Assembly: GCA_044222185.1 (NCBI GenBank) | Contig: JBGANV010000002.1 | Location: 576,001-640,000, forward strand | Direction of reading: 5' to 3' | DNA from: Planctomycetota bacterium | GTDB taxonomy: Bacteria > Planctomycetota > GCA-002687715 > CAIWVZ01 | DNA: 64,000 nt | In this document: piece after piece, positions 47,764 through 56,222 of the stretch | How the letters are laid out: each line of letters starts with the position of its first letter | How positions within the stretch are numbered: position 1 is the first letter of the stretch | Translations under genes and position numbers: made by a program | Notes under the pieces: generated by a model | What the model saw: the letters and a program-made list of their open reading frames with translations, nothing else | Told to the model about the DNA's origin: nothing | The model's database searches: none

Positions 47764-50700
47764 TCAGCGCCGCGTCGCGTGGTTTTCGCCGAACTTGGAT
47801 CGGGAGAGCACTCTGACGATTTCCGTGGCCGATTGGAGCGGCTGGCGCGCGAAGGACATGAGCGTTCCCCAGAAGCCGGCAGCGAAGTCCGCGGCAGGAA
47901 AGACGTTCCCCTGGGCGCGGCCGAGCAGGAACAGCTGTCCGCGCAACCACGCGGCGCGAATCGGCGCGTCGTCGCGGGACTCCCGGATGGCGAGCGCCTC
48001 GCGGAAGAGGGCCTCGGCTCGTTTTGAACGTCGCTCGCGCTGCAGCGCGAAGGCTTGCAGTTCCTTGCCCCACGCCACCAGGTCGTGATGCCGTCCGAGT
48101 GTCGCCTCGGCGATTCGCACGCGCTCCGCGAGTCCCTCGTCGTTCCCGGCGAGCTGGCCGGCGCCGAGCTCCGCGTCGGCGACCGCCAGGCGGCGTTCGA
48201 TGGCGCGCTCGTCGCCCTCGCCGAAACGCGCATCGATGGCGTCGCTCTCTTCGCGGAGGAGTGCGAGCAGGTCCGGGATGCGATCCTGTCGTGCATAGGC
48301 CAGTTCGAGAAGTCGCCGGAAGTTCGCCACGCGCGTCGCCGTCGGGGACTTTGCGCGCTCGGCATCGAAGCCCGCGCGGAGGACGCCGATCGCATCACCG
48401 GACCGATTCGACTGGAGAAGGCATGCGCCGTAGGCGAATGCGATTCCGATGGCCTCGGGGCTGCCCTGAGCTGCGGACGCTTCCCGCGCCGCCCAAAGCC
48501 GTGCGAGATGGGGCGCCGCCGCCTCTGGGCGACCGGCACCGACCTCCAGGCTTGCAAGCGAGTCGACCACGGCGATCGTTCGGAAGTCCGTGACGCCGAA
48601 CAGACGCTCGCGCATCGAGAGCGCCTCCGCGAACGACCGACGCGCCGACGCGGGATCACGTCGACGGACGTAGAGCGCGCCCAGCACGTTCAACGTCGTC
48701 GCGGTGTCGGGGTGGTCTGCGGGAAGCACCCTGCGTTCGAGCGCGAGCGCGGACTCGAGCATCTTCAGCGCGTCGTCCGATCGTCCCGAGCGTGCCAGGA
48801 GTCCTCCGAGGTTGTTCGCGATCGTGATCGACAGGGTGTGGTCTTTGCCGAGCTCCCGCTGCGCCTCGTCGAGGTTCCTGCGCAGGATCTGCTCGGCCTC
48901 CGCCAGCTTGCCACGGCGCTCGAGGATTCCGGCGAGTGTCGTCCACGCGGTCGCGCGGTTCACGAGAGGCACGTCGGGGCGGGCGTCACAGGTCTCGGCC
49001 GTTGCGCGCGACGCGCGCTCCGCAGCCTCGAAGTCGCCCTGGTCCTCGAGGACGAGGGCGAGGTTGTTGGAGAGGGCGAGAAGGCTCGCAGGCGTCGGGT
49101 CGGCCCGCCGTCGTTCCACCTCGAGCACGTGTTCGAGATGCTTCCGGGCAGCCGCGGAGTCCGTGGACATGATGGAGAGCGCGAGGAGGCACTCCGACTC
49201 GAGCGTGTCTGCGTGATCCGCGCCCAGCTCGGTCGTGCGGATCTCGAGGGCCTGTCTGGCCTGGGCGACGGAGTTCGCGTCGTCGTGCCAGCCCCAGAAG
49301 ACGTCCGCGAAGATGTGGCGCATCGTCGCCTCGAACAGCCGATCGTTGCCGAACGTCTGGGTCGGATCGGACGATGCCCGCACCATGAACTCCCGGATCG
49401 TCGGGTCCTTGCCCTTGGCGACGTCGGGCTGCGTCGAGGCGAACATGTCGACGATGAAGCGGACGATCATCGCCTGACGCCGTGACTCGGCCGCCGCCGC
49501 GGCTCGCGCGGCCGTCGCGGCGCGCTCGCGCTCCTCGGCGAGGGTGCGGGCCGCGATCGCTTCGATCGCCTGCCAGGAGGTGGCGGCGATTCCGAGCACG
49601 AGCGCGAGGAACACGGCCGCGACGCCGATCACGGCGCCGCGGTGACGTCGTGCGAACTTCGTGAGGAGATAGAGACGGCTTGGCGTTCGCGCGAGGATCG
49701 GCTCGTGGCGAAGGTGCCGGCGGATGTCGTGCGCGAGCGCGAAGGCGGATCCGTATCGGCGCTCCTTCTCCTTCGCGAGAGCCGTCGCGACGATGACGTC
49801 GACATCGCCGCCGAGTCGCCGATCGAAGGTCGAGACGCGGTCCGGCTCCTGGGACGAGATGAGGTGCGCCGCTTCCGGGAGGGGCTTGTCCGCGACGTCG
49901 ATCGGCAGGCGACCCGTGAGCATCTCGAACGCGATCGCTCCGAGCGCATACACGTCCGTGCGCGTGTCGACCTGCTCCGGCGCTCCGCTCACCTGTTCCG
50001 GGCTCATGTATGGCAGGGTGCCGACGAGCTGGCCGGTCCGAGTTTCGCAGCTCGTTGCCTCCTGATGGGCCGTGAGCCGGGCGACGCCGAAATCGAGGAT
50101 GCGAGGCTGACCTGAAGGATCGACGAGGATGTTCGCCGGCTTGAGGTCCCGGTGGATCACGCCGCGCTGGTGAGCGTGTTCGACGGCGTCGGCGATGGTT
50201 GCGATGAGCTCCAGGCGTCGTTCCGGCGAGGGCGCGTGCTCGCGCGCCCAGTCGAGCAGCGGCGCGCCCTCGACCAGTTCCATGGCGAGGAACGGCTGCG
50301 GCCCGACCGCGGTGGACAACGTACCTGTGGAGAAGATCCGGGCGATCCCTGGATGGCTCAGGCGTCCCAACGCTTCCGCTTCGTGATGGAAGCGACGGAG
50401 CGACTGGCGCGATCCGAGATGGGGCTTCAGCAGTTTCAGCGCGACGCGGCGTGGCGGGTGGTCGTGCTCGGCGAGATAGACGATGCCCATGCCTCCGGAG
50501 CCGAGCACGCCGACGATCCGGAACTCGCCCAGCGCCGACGGCACGACGGATTCGCTCGGCGACTCCTCGATCGTTGCCTCCAACGTCGCCCGGGGGACGA
50601 CGGGCGTTTCCAGGAAGCCGTCGGCTTCGCCGTCGGCAGCCAGGAGGTCGCGGACCTCGCCGGCGAGCGCGGCGTCGTCGCTCGCGACTCGGAGGAGGCG

Positions 50701-50778
50701 CATCTCGCGCTCGGACGCGGGGGCATCGATCAACTCGAGGAACAGTTTGCGCGCGAGAGCGTGCCTGAGCTGGCTCAT
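47764..50778 (-). CDS. Ser/Thr protein kinase with TM helix and TPR_12-type repeats
   Basis: GSGGMGIVY, HRDLKPAN, DFGVA, GTLPYMSPEQ; LGxDHxxT TPR repeats; ATGA-coupled to ECF 50775..51335. Confidence 0.95.
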   Translation of the reverse strand: MSQLRHALARKLFLELIDAPASEREMRLLRVASDDAALAGEVRDLLAADGEADGFLETPVVPRATLEATIEESPSESVVPSALGEFRIVGVLGSGGMGIVYLAEHDHPPRRVALKLLKPHLGSRQSLRRFHHEAEALGRLSHPGIARIFSTGTLSTAVGPQPFLAMELVEGAPLLDWAREHAPSPERRLELIATIADAVEHAHQRGVIHRDLKPANILVDPSGQPRILDFGVARLTAHQEATSCETRTGQLVGTLPYMSPEQVSGAPEQVDTRTDVYALGAIAFEMLTGRLPIDVADKPLPEAAHLISSQEPDRVSTFDRRLGGDVDVIVATALAKEKERRYGSAFALAHDIRRHLRHEPILARTPSRLYLLTKFARRHRGAVIGVAAVFLALVLGIAATSWQAIEAIAARTLAEERERAATAARAAAAAESRRQAMIVRFIVDMFASTQPDVAKGKDPTIREFMVRASSDPTQTFGNDRLFEATMRHIFADVFWGWHDDANSVAQARQALEIRTTELGADHADTLESECLLALSIMSTDSAAARKHLEHVLEVERRRADPTPASLLALSNNLALVLEDQGDFEAAERASRATAETCDARPDVPLVNRATAWTTLAGILERRGKLAEAEQILRRNLDEAQRELGKDHTLSITIANNLGGLLARSGRSDDALKMLESALALERRVLPADHPDTATTLNVLGALYVRRRDPASARRSFAEALSMRERLFGVTDFRTIAVVDSLASLEVGAGRPEAAAPHLARLWAAREASAAQGSPEAIGIAFAYGACLLQSNRSGDAIGVLRAGFDAERAKSPTATRVANFRRLLELAYARQDRIPDLLALLREESDAIDARFGEGDERAIERRLAVADAELGAGQLAGNDEGLAERVRIAEATLGRHHDLVAWGKELQAFALQRERRSKRAEALFREALAIRESRDDAPIRAAWLRGQLFLLGRAQGNVFPAADFAAGFWGTLMSFARQPLQSATEIVRVLSRSKFGENHATRR

Positions 50779-51335
50779 GCGGTCGCTCCCAGCGTGAGGT
50801 TTCGGCGAAGCCAGGCGCGCGCCATCCGCCAGTCGCCCTTCACCGTGCGTTCGGAAACCCCGACGATGGCCGCCACTTCGGCGACCTCGAGGCCGCCGAA
50901 GAAACGCAATTCCACGATGCGGCATTGGCGCTCGTCGAGGACTCGCAGCCGGTCGAGAGCTTCGTTCAGCAGGAGTACGTCGACGGTGGCGGGCGCATCG
51001 GCGAGCGCCGCCGTGTGGAGAGTGACGGGCTTGCCGCCCGAGCCGCGCTTCTTGGCCTTCGCGTGGCGCGCGTGGTCGACCAGCAGCCGGCGGATGACGA
51101 TCGACGCGACGGCGAGGAAGTGCGTGCGGTCGTGATAGTTGGCGCGGCGCTGGTCGGAGAGCTTGAACCACGCTTCGTGTACGAGCGTCGTGGCGGAGAT
51201 GCCATCACTCCCGGCCGCCCTCCGGAGGACCGCGCGCGCGATCTCGCGCAGCTCGGCGTACAGCTCCGCGAGGAGGCGGTCTGTCGCAGGCGTGGTGGCT
51301 TCGACTCCAACGGTCGACGATCTCGCGACACGCAT
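50775..51335 (-). CDS. ECF sigma factor, ECF43/TIGR02999-like
   Basis: LYAELREIA, SATTLVHEAW, DRTHFLA, RRLLVDHAR..KRG, IVELRFFGGL, DWRMARAWL. Confidence 0.93.
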   Translation of the reverse strand: MRVARSSTVGVEATTPATDRLLAELYAELREIARAVLRRAAGSDGISATTLVHEAWFKLSDQRRANYHDRTHFLAVASIVIRRLLVDHARHAKAKKRGSGGKPVTLHTAALADAPATVDVLLLNEALDRLRVLDERQCRIVELRFFGGLEVAEVAAIVGVSERTVKGDWRMARAWLRRNLTLGATA

Positions 51336-51559
51336 CGGGATAGGGCTACCTTCGCGAACGGCAACGGGCGGATCCTACTCCGTAGCCCGTGGGTGGTTGC
51401 AAGCCGAACGCGCGGCGTGCGCGTTCACGCGCCGGCTGAGGATTCGCGTGAAGGTTGCCCCCGGCGACGACGGCTGACGCGTCTCTCTTGGTCCGATGGC
51501 CTGTATCCCGCCACGGGTTCCGCAGATGGAACCCGCGCCCGGCGCGGAAAGGAGATGAG

Positions 51560-54500
51560 ATGAGCGCTGCAATCGTCCGCTGGATCCTCTTCCTGACGAC
51601 ACTCATGACGGTGCCGTTCCTGCCCGCGAAAGACCCGATGGCGCCACCGCCGGCGCCGCCACCCCTCCGGATTCCGGCGACGCCGCCGCGCGTGTTCTGC
51701 TTCCGCGTGACCGACATCGAGCGGGTCCCGGGGACGACGAGTTCGTTCGTCTTCGAGTTCGAGGTCCTGAACTGGACCGGTGTTCCCGTTCACGGGCTGA
51801 TGATGGCCGTCACGACGGCGACCACGAAGGTGGGTGCGACGGGGTTCCCGAACATCTCCTGGACGACGATTCCCGCGTTGGACATCCCGGGCGTCGCGTT
51901 CGGCGGAGCGAGCATCGACTCGGACGGCCGCGGCGGCGCCGTGGGGCAACCTCCGGGCGCCAACGAGATCGGGGTCGGTGTATTCGATTCGCCCGCGATC
52001 CACAGTGGCCGTGGACGTGGGGACCTCGGCCCCGGCGTCGCGAGCAACGATTGGATCGCGACGCTCTCCACGCCGACGCTCGCAACCTGGGGAACGGCTG
52101 CAGTCGGCACGCCGGTTCCGCCGCGCGACGTCATGACCGCCATGATCGGAGGCGATCTGCGAAACTGCTGGGAAGCCACGAACGCCGTCGCGCGCCTGGT
52201 ACCGGGTGCGCGTCTCACGGCGGTCACCGGGCCGGCCGTTCCCGTGAACCCGAGCGTCTTCGGCTGCGGCGGCCGACCTCCGTTCGTCGACGGCGTCGAC
52301 GCGCTGGGCGATCTCTCCGCCGACGGTGGACCTGGCGTCATGCCCAATCCGATCCCAGCCGGCACGGGGAACGCACTCGATGGGTTCACCCTCACCATCG
52401 ACGACTTCGACGAGGGCGAGACGCTCTCGTTCAACTGGTTCCTGCTCGACGCGTCGGGGACGCCGATCGGATCGCCACCGACGGGGATCAGCGTTGCTGG
52501 TTGCGTGGGTGCGAGCTGTGGCGGCCCACTCCCCGCTCCGCTGACGTGCTGCGGGCTCCAGGGCAACGGCAACCCGATGGGCTACGGAACGTTCACACTC
52601 GAGCGCCTTCCGCCGGCGATTCCGATCCCGCCCGGGGCGGATCCGGCACTGTTTGGGATGGCCGGCGTCACCCAAACCCCCTACGAGTTCTACGACGGTG
52701 TGTTCGCGTTGCCGAATCCGACGCAGTTCGCTGCGGAGTTCGGATCCGGTCTCACGGGGCCGTTCATGAACGCGAGTGACAACCTGTTCGGCGTGATCCC
52801 CAACACCGCGCCGTACTGCGCCGTGGTGCCGGCGAACGGCGGTGTCGCCGATCCGGGCTTCGATGGCCAGGTGGGCGGCCCGACGCTTGCACCGCCCTGG
52901 TCCGCCTTCACGGGCCCCAACATTCCGAACGCGGCGACGATCGAGACGCGAACGAGCAGCGACGGCGCCGGCTTCCCGAGAGCGGGCCGGAACTGGCTTC
53001 GGATGGTGTCGTCCGGGTTGACGTTCGCGGCGCAGCCCAGCGGGTTCTCCTGCGGCTTCCAACAAGGAACCGTGACCGAAGTCCGTCAGACGCTCGTGAT
53101 CCCCCAGCTTTCGAGCAACGCCGTCATGAGCTTCGCGTGGACGTGGCAATCGGGCGAGGCGCCGCAGAACGGCACGTTCGACGACTTCGCCACCATCGAC
53201 CTCGTCGACGTGACGTTCTCCTCCTGCCCGCAGCACGTGCAGAACCTCCTGTTCGTCGATTCGAACGCGAGCCTGTCGCTCACGAACATCCCCGGTTCGG
53301 CCGTGCCGCCCGCCGGTGTGATCGTGCCGTTCGTCAACACCGGCACGAAGTGGGAAGTGGCTCCCGTGGGCCCGAAGCGCGCACTCGTGCCGATTCCCGC
53401 GTCCCTCAGCGGACGCACGCTCGAGCTTCGCATCGTCTGCGGAAATGCGGGCGCGGCGATCAACAACGTCTCCGTGTTGAAGGTCGACGAGATCTACCTC
53501 CTCGACGCGGTTGCGTGCGCCCAGCCCAACACTCCGTTCGCCGGGTTCGCCTTCGCCGGCGGCTCGGGGTGCGCGCCCACGACGGTCCAGCCCGGCTTCC
53601 GCAGCTACGCACCGGGGGAGACCATGGTGGCCACGTGCTTCGGCAACGCCAACGCGCCGTTCATGTTGATCGCGGGGTCGGCCGTCTCTCACGGTTCCGT
53701 GATCGCTCCGTTCGGTGTGTTGAACTTGAGTCCGGCGCTTTCGCTGATGCCGATCGTCGACGGAATCGGCAGCGGCGCTCCTCCCGGTTCGCTCGGCAAC
53801 ACGGGAAGCCTCGGCGTGCAGTCCGTGAACTTCACGATGCCGGCGCTTCCGACGGGGCCCTTCGCGGGGTTCCAGGCGGTCGTGACCGACCCGGGCTCTT
53901 CATCGGGATTCACTCTGACCGCGGCCACGCACATCAACGTCGAGAACGGGATCCCTTCCAACTTCGTCGGCACGACGATCGTCTCCATTCCCGGGAACGG
54001 TTCCGTGTTCGTTCCGTTCGGCTCGGGCTTCACGTTCCCGTACTACGGCGTGGCGCGGACCGGCGTCTTCGTGAACGAGAACGGCACGCTCTCGTTCGGG
54101 GCGGCCTTGCCGACGGCTGTGGAGTCGGTCGCGGCGCTCACCAGCGCGCCGGCGAAGATCGCCGTGATGTGGGATGACTACGACACCTCGGTCGCCGGGC
54201 AGATCGCCTACGCGCAAACCCCCACGACGTTCACGGTGTCTTGGACGAACGTGCGGCAGACCGGAGCGGCATCGACGGACTCGAGCACGTTCGGCGTGAT
54301 CCTCGAAAGCAACGGATCGATTCGCATGGCTTGGGGGCGCGTGGACTCGTCCGACGGCATCATCGGAATCTCCAACGGCGCGCCGACGCCGCCGGCCAAG
54401 TCGTTCACGTGGTTCTCCCAACTCGGGACGATCACGGGAGCGGCAGGGCAGGCGCTCTACGAGCAGTGGCCGCAGCCCGGGTCGGGATTCTGCCCGCCAG

Positions 54501-54571
54501 CCGGCGGCACGATCGTGATCCGCCCGATCCGACCGGGCGCCGTCGCCGGCGCGAGCGGGTATCGACTGTGA
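51560..54571 (+). CDS. large secreted multidomain protein (internal copy of shared module; C-terminal NIDO-like domain)
   Basis: AGGAG RBS and signal peptide; C-terminal GFTFPYYG...VNENGTLSFG...IAVMWDD. Confidence 0.8.
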   Translation: MSAAIVRWILFLTTLMTVPFLPAKDPMAPPPAPPPLRIPATPPRVFCFRVTDIERVPGTTSSFVFEFEVLNWTGVPVHGLMMAVTTATTKVGATGFPNISWTTIPALDIPGVAFGGASIDSDGRGGAVGQPPGANEIGVGVFDSPAIHSGRGRGDLGPGVASNDWIATLSTPTLATWGTAAVGTPVPPRDVMTAMIGGDLRNCWEATNAVARLVPGARLTAVTGPAVPVNPSVFGCGGRPPFVDGVDALGDLSADGGPGVMPNPIPAGTGNALDGFTLTIDDFDEGETLSFNWFLLDASGTPIGSPPTGISVAGCVGASCGGPLPAPLTCCGLQGNGNPMGYGTFTLERLPPAIPIPPGADPALFGMAGVTQTPYEFYDGVFALPNPTQFAAEFGSGLTGPFMNASDNLFGVIPNTAPYCAVVPANGGVADPGFDGQVGGPTLAPPWSAFTGPNIPNAATIETRTSSDGAGFPRAGRNWLRMVSSGLTFAAQPSGFSCGFQQGTVTEVRQTLVIPQLSSNAVMSFAWTWQSGEAPQNGTFDDFATIDLVDVTFSSCPQHVQNLLFVDSNASLSLTNIPGSAVPPAGVIVPFVNTGTKWEVAPVGPKRALVPIPASLSGRTLELRIVCGNAGAAINNVSVLKVDEIYLLDAVACAQPNTPFAGFAFAGGSGCAPTTVQPGFRSYAPGETMVATCFGNANAPFMLIAGSAVSHGSVIAPFGVLNLSPALSLMPIVDGIGSGAPPGSLGNTGSLGVQSVNFTMPALPTGPFAGFQAVVTDPGSSSGFTLTAATHINVENGIPSNFVGTTIVSIPGNGSVFVPFGSGFTFPYYGVARTGVFVNENGTLSFGAALPTAVESVAALTSAPAKIAVMWDDYDTSVAGQIAYAQTPTTFTVSWTNVRQTGAASTDSSTFGVILESNGSIRMAWGRVDSSDGIIGISNGAPTPPAKSFTWFSQLGTITGAAGQALYEQWPQPGSGFCPPAGGTIVIRPIRPGAVAGASGYRL

Positions 54572-54824
54572 GATCGGACCGTGGGATCGACGATCCCGAC
54601 GACGGCGAGGGGCCCGGCAGAGGGCCCCTCGGCGGCAGCGTTGCTGGGACGGCCGTTTCCAGGCCCCCGGCGTCGCGTCGCCGATCCTGACCGACTCGGC
54701 ACCGCGATGGCTCGCCCTGCGGTGCTTCCCTCTCGACCGGACCCACGGTCCATTCTGAATGTCGCCCGATGACGAATGATGGGCGCCTCCATTGCGTTGT
54801 CATTGCTTCAGGAGGTTTCCATCC

Positions 54825-55850
54825 ATGCGACGTTTCATCGCTCTCACCGTGCTCGTGTCGTTCCTCTCCGGCGGCCTCGTGGCCCAAGACCAGAAGGCCG
54901 AGCTCACCAAGCTGCGCGCCGAGGCGCGGGAGCTCTTCGAGGCGAAGAAGTGGCCCGAGGCCGAGAAGGTCCTCGCCGAGATCCTGAAGATCGACGGCAA
55001 GAACGGAACGACGTGGAGCAACTACGGCTATGCGCTCCACAGCCAGAACAAACTCGATGAGGCTTTGAAGGCCCACGAGAAAGCGGCCGAGTTCGGCAAG
55101 CCGCGCGAGAAGGCGACGGCGACCTACAACATCGCCTGCGTCTACGCGCTGAAGAAGGACAGCAACAAGGCGTTCGAGTACCTGGAGAAGGCCGTCGCTG
55201 CCGGCTTCAACAACGTCGATCAGATCGAAGGCGATTCGGACCTGACGTCGCTCCACGAGGATCCCCGGTACAAGAAGCTCCTGGCGGCCGCGGCCGAGGC
55301 CGGGAAGAACGCGGGCGGTGGGGACGAAGTGATGCTCTTCAACCAGTCGAGTGACCGGAAGAGCACGCGTGCGGCCATGTTCTCGAACACGGGCGGCAAG
55401 GGCGAGATCCACGTGTCGTGGGGCCCGGTCGAGTGGAAGGACGAGTACGAGGCGCACATCAAGTCGGAGAAGGTGACGGGCAAGCGCTGGCGCCTGGGCG
55501 CGGACTTCTGGACGACGCTCGACACGAACCTTCCCATGACCTTCGGCAAGACGACCGTCGCGCCGGGCTATTACTACCTGACGGTCGAGAAGAGGGCCGA
55601 CGGCCAGTTCGTCCTGAACATCCTGGACCCGGTCGAGGTGCGGAAGTCCATGCTCGATGCGTTCCAATCCGGCGTGACGAAGGGCGGCATGGAAGTGACG
55701 CTCACGCACGACGCTGGCGAGGTCGCGAAGAGCCTGACGATGAGCATGGCGATCGACGAGTCGGACAAGACGAAGGGGACCTACACGGTTCGCTTCGGCG
55801 CCCACAAGCTCTCGGCGGCGTTCACCACGTCCGCGCCCGCCAAACAGTGA
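54825..55850 (+). CDS. secreted TPR + DUF2911-like protein
   Basis: GGAGG RBS, signal peptide, YNIACVYAL..KAFEYLEKAV..GF TPR; WRLGAD..TT and PGYYYL motifs. Confidence 0.8.
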   Translation: MRRFIALTVLVSFLSGGLVAQDQKAELTKLRAEARELFEAKKWPEAEKVLAEILKIDGKNGTTWSNYGYALHSQNKLDEALKAHEKAAEFGKPREKATATYNIACVYALKKDSNKAFEYLEKAVAAGFNNVDQIEGDSDLTSLHEDPRYKKLLAAAAEAGKNAGGGDEVMLFNQSSDRKSTRAAMFSNTGGKGEIHVSWGPVEWKDEYEAHIKSEKVTGKRWRLGADFWTTLDTNLPMTFGKTTVAPGYYYLTVEKRADGQFVLNILDPVEVRKSMLDAFQSGVTKGGMEVTLTHDAGEVAKSLTMSMAIDESDKTKGTYTVRFGAHKLSAAFTTSAPAKQ

Positions 55851-55942
55851 GTTTGGCCCGCGATTCATGGGGAAACCGGCCCGTGCGTGGACGCCGTGCG
55901 CGGTGACCGTCGCACCGGGCTTTTGTTCATCGCCTCGGGGCC

Positions 55943-55948
55943 TATAAT
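55943..55948 (+). promoter_or_regulatory. candidate sigma70 -10 box for tRNA-Leu
   Basis: Perfect TATAAT ~35 nt upstream of the tRNA in a very GC-rich context; no clean -35 box. Confidence 0.4.
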
Positions 55949-55982
55949 GCCGGCCCACTTCGTTCGCGGAGTGGGTTCGCAC

Positions 55983-56068
55983 GCCGAGGTGGCGGAATTG
56001 GCAGACGCACCAGCTTGAGGTGCTGGCCCCCGTAACTGGGGATGCAGGTTCAAGTCCTGTCCTCGGCA
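55983..56068 (+). tRNA. tRNA-Leu (anticodon GAG)
   Basis: Acceptor GCCGAGG/CCTCGGC+A, anticodon arm CCAGC-TTGAGGT-GCTGG, long variable arm, GTTCAAG T-loop; CCA not directly encoded. Confidence 0.96.
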
Positions 56069-56077
56069 CTCCAAATC

Positions 56078-56118
56078 GAAACACGGCCCGGTCTCGCGAC
56101 CGGGCCGTGTTTCTTTTT
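56078..56118 (+). terminator. rho-independent terminator
   Basis: 16-bp perfect stem GAAACACGGCCCGGTC-TCGC-GACCGGGCCGTGTTTC followed by TTTTT. Confidence 0.88.
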
Positions 56119-56222
56119 GCCCCCACCGCCGCGGAGTCCGCATGCGCTCGGATCTCACGCGGGTCCGTGCACGCCGAATTCCGGGCTCGGTGGGCTCTGA
56201 GGACCTATGATCGCCGGCAGTC

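Noticed and set aside
51440-51490. ECF promoter motif upstream of the secreted protein (also 40260-40310 and 54770-54800)
   Set aside because: Candidate -35/-10 words were not consistent in sequence or spacing across the sites.
55983-56118. tRNA-Leu as an integration site for an island
   Set aside because: No integrase and no duplicated tRNA 3' end seen in the window; the terminator follows directly.
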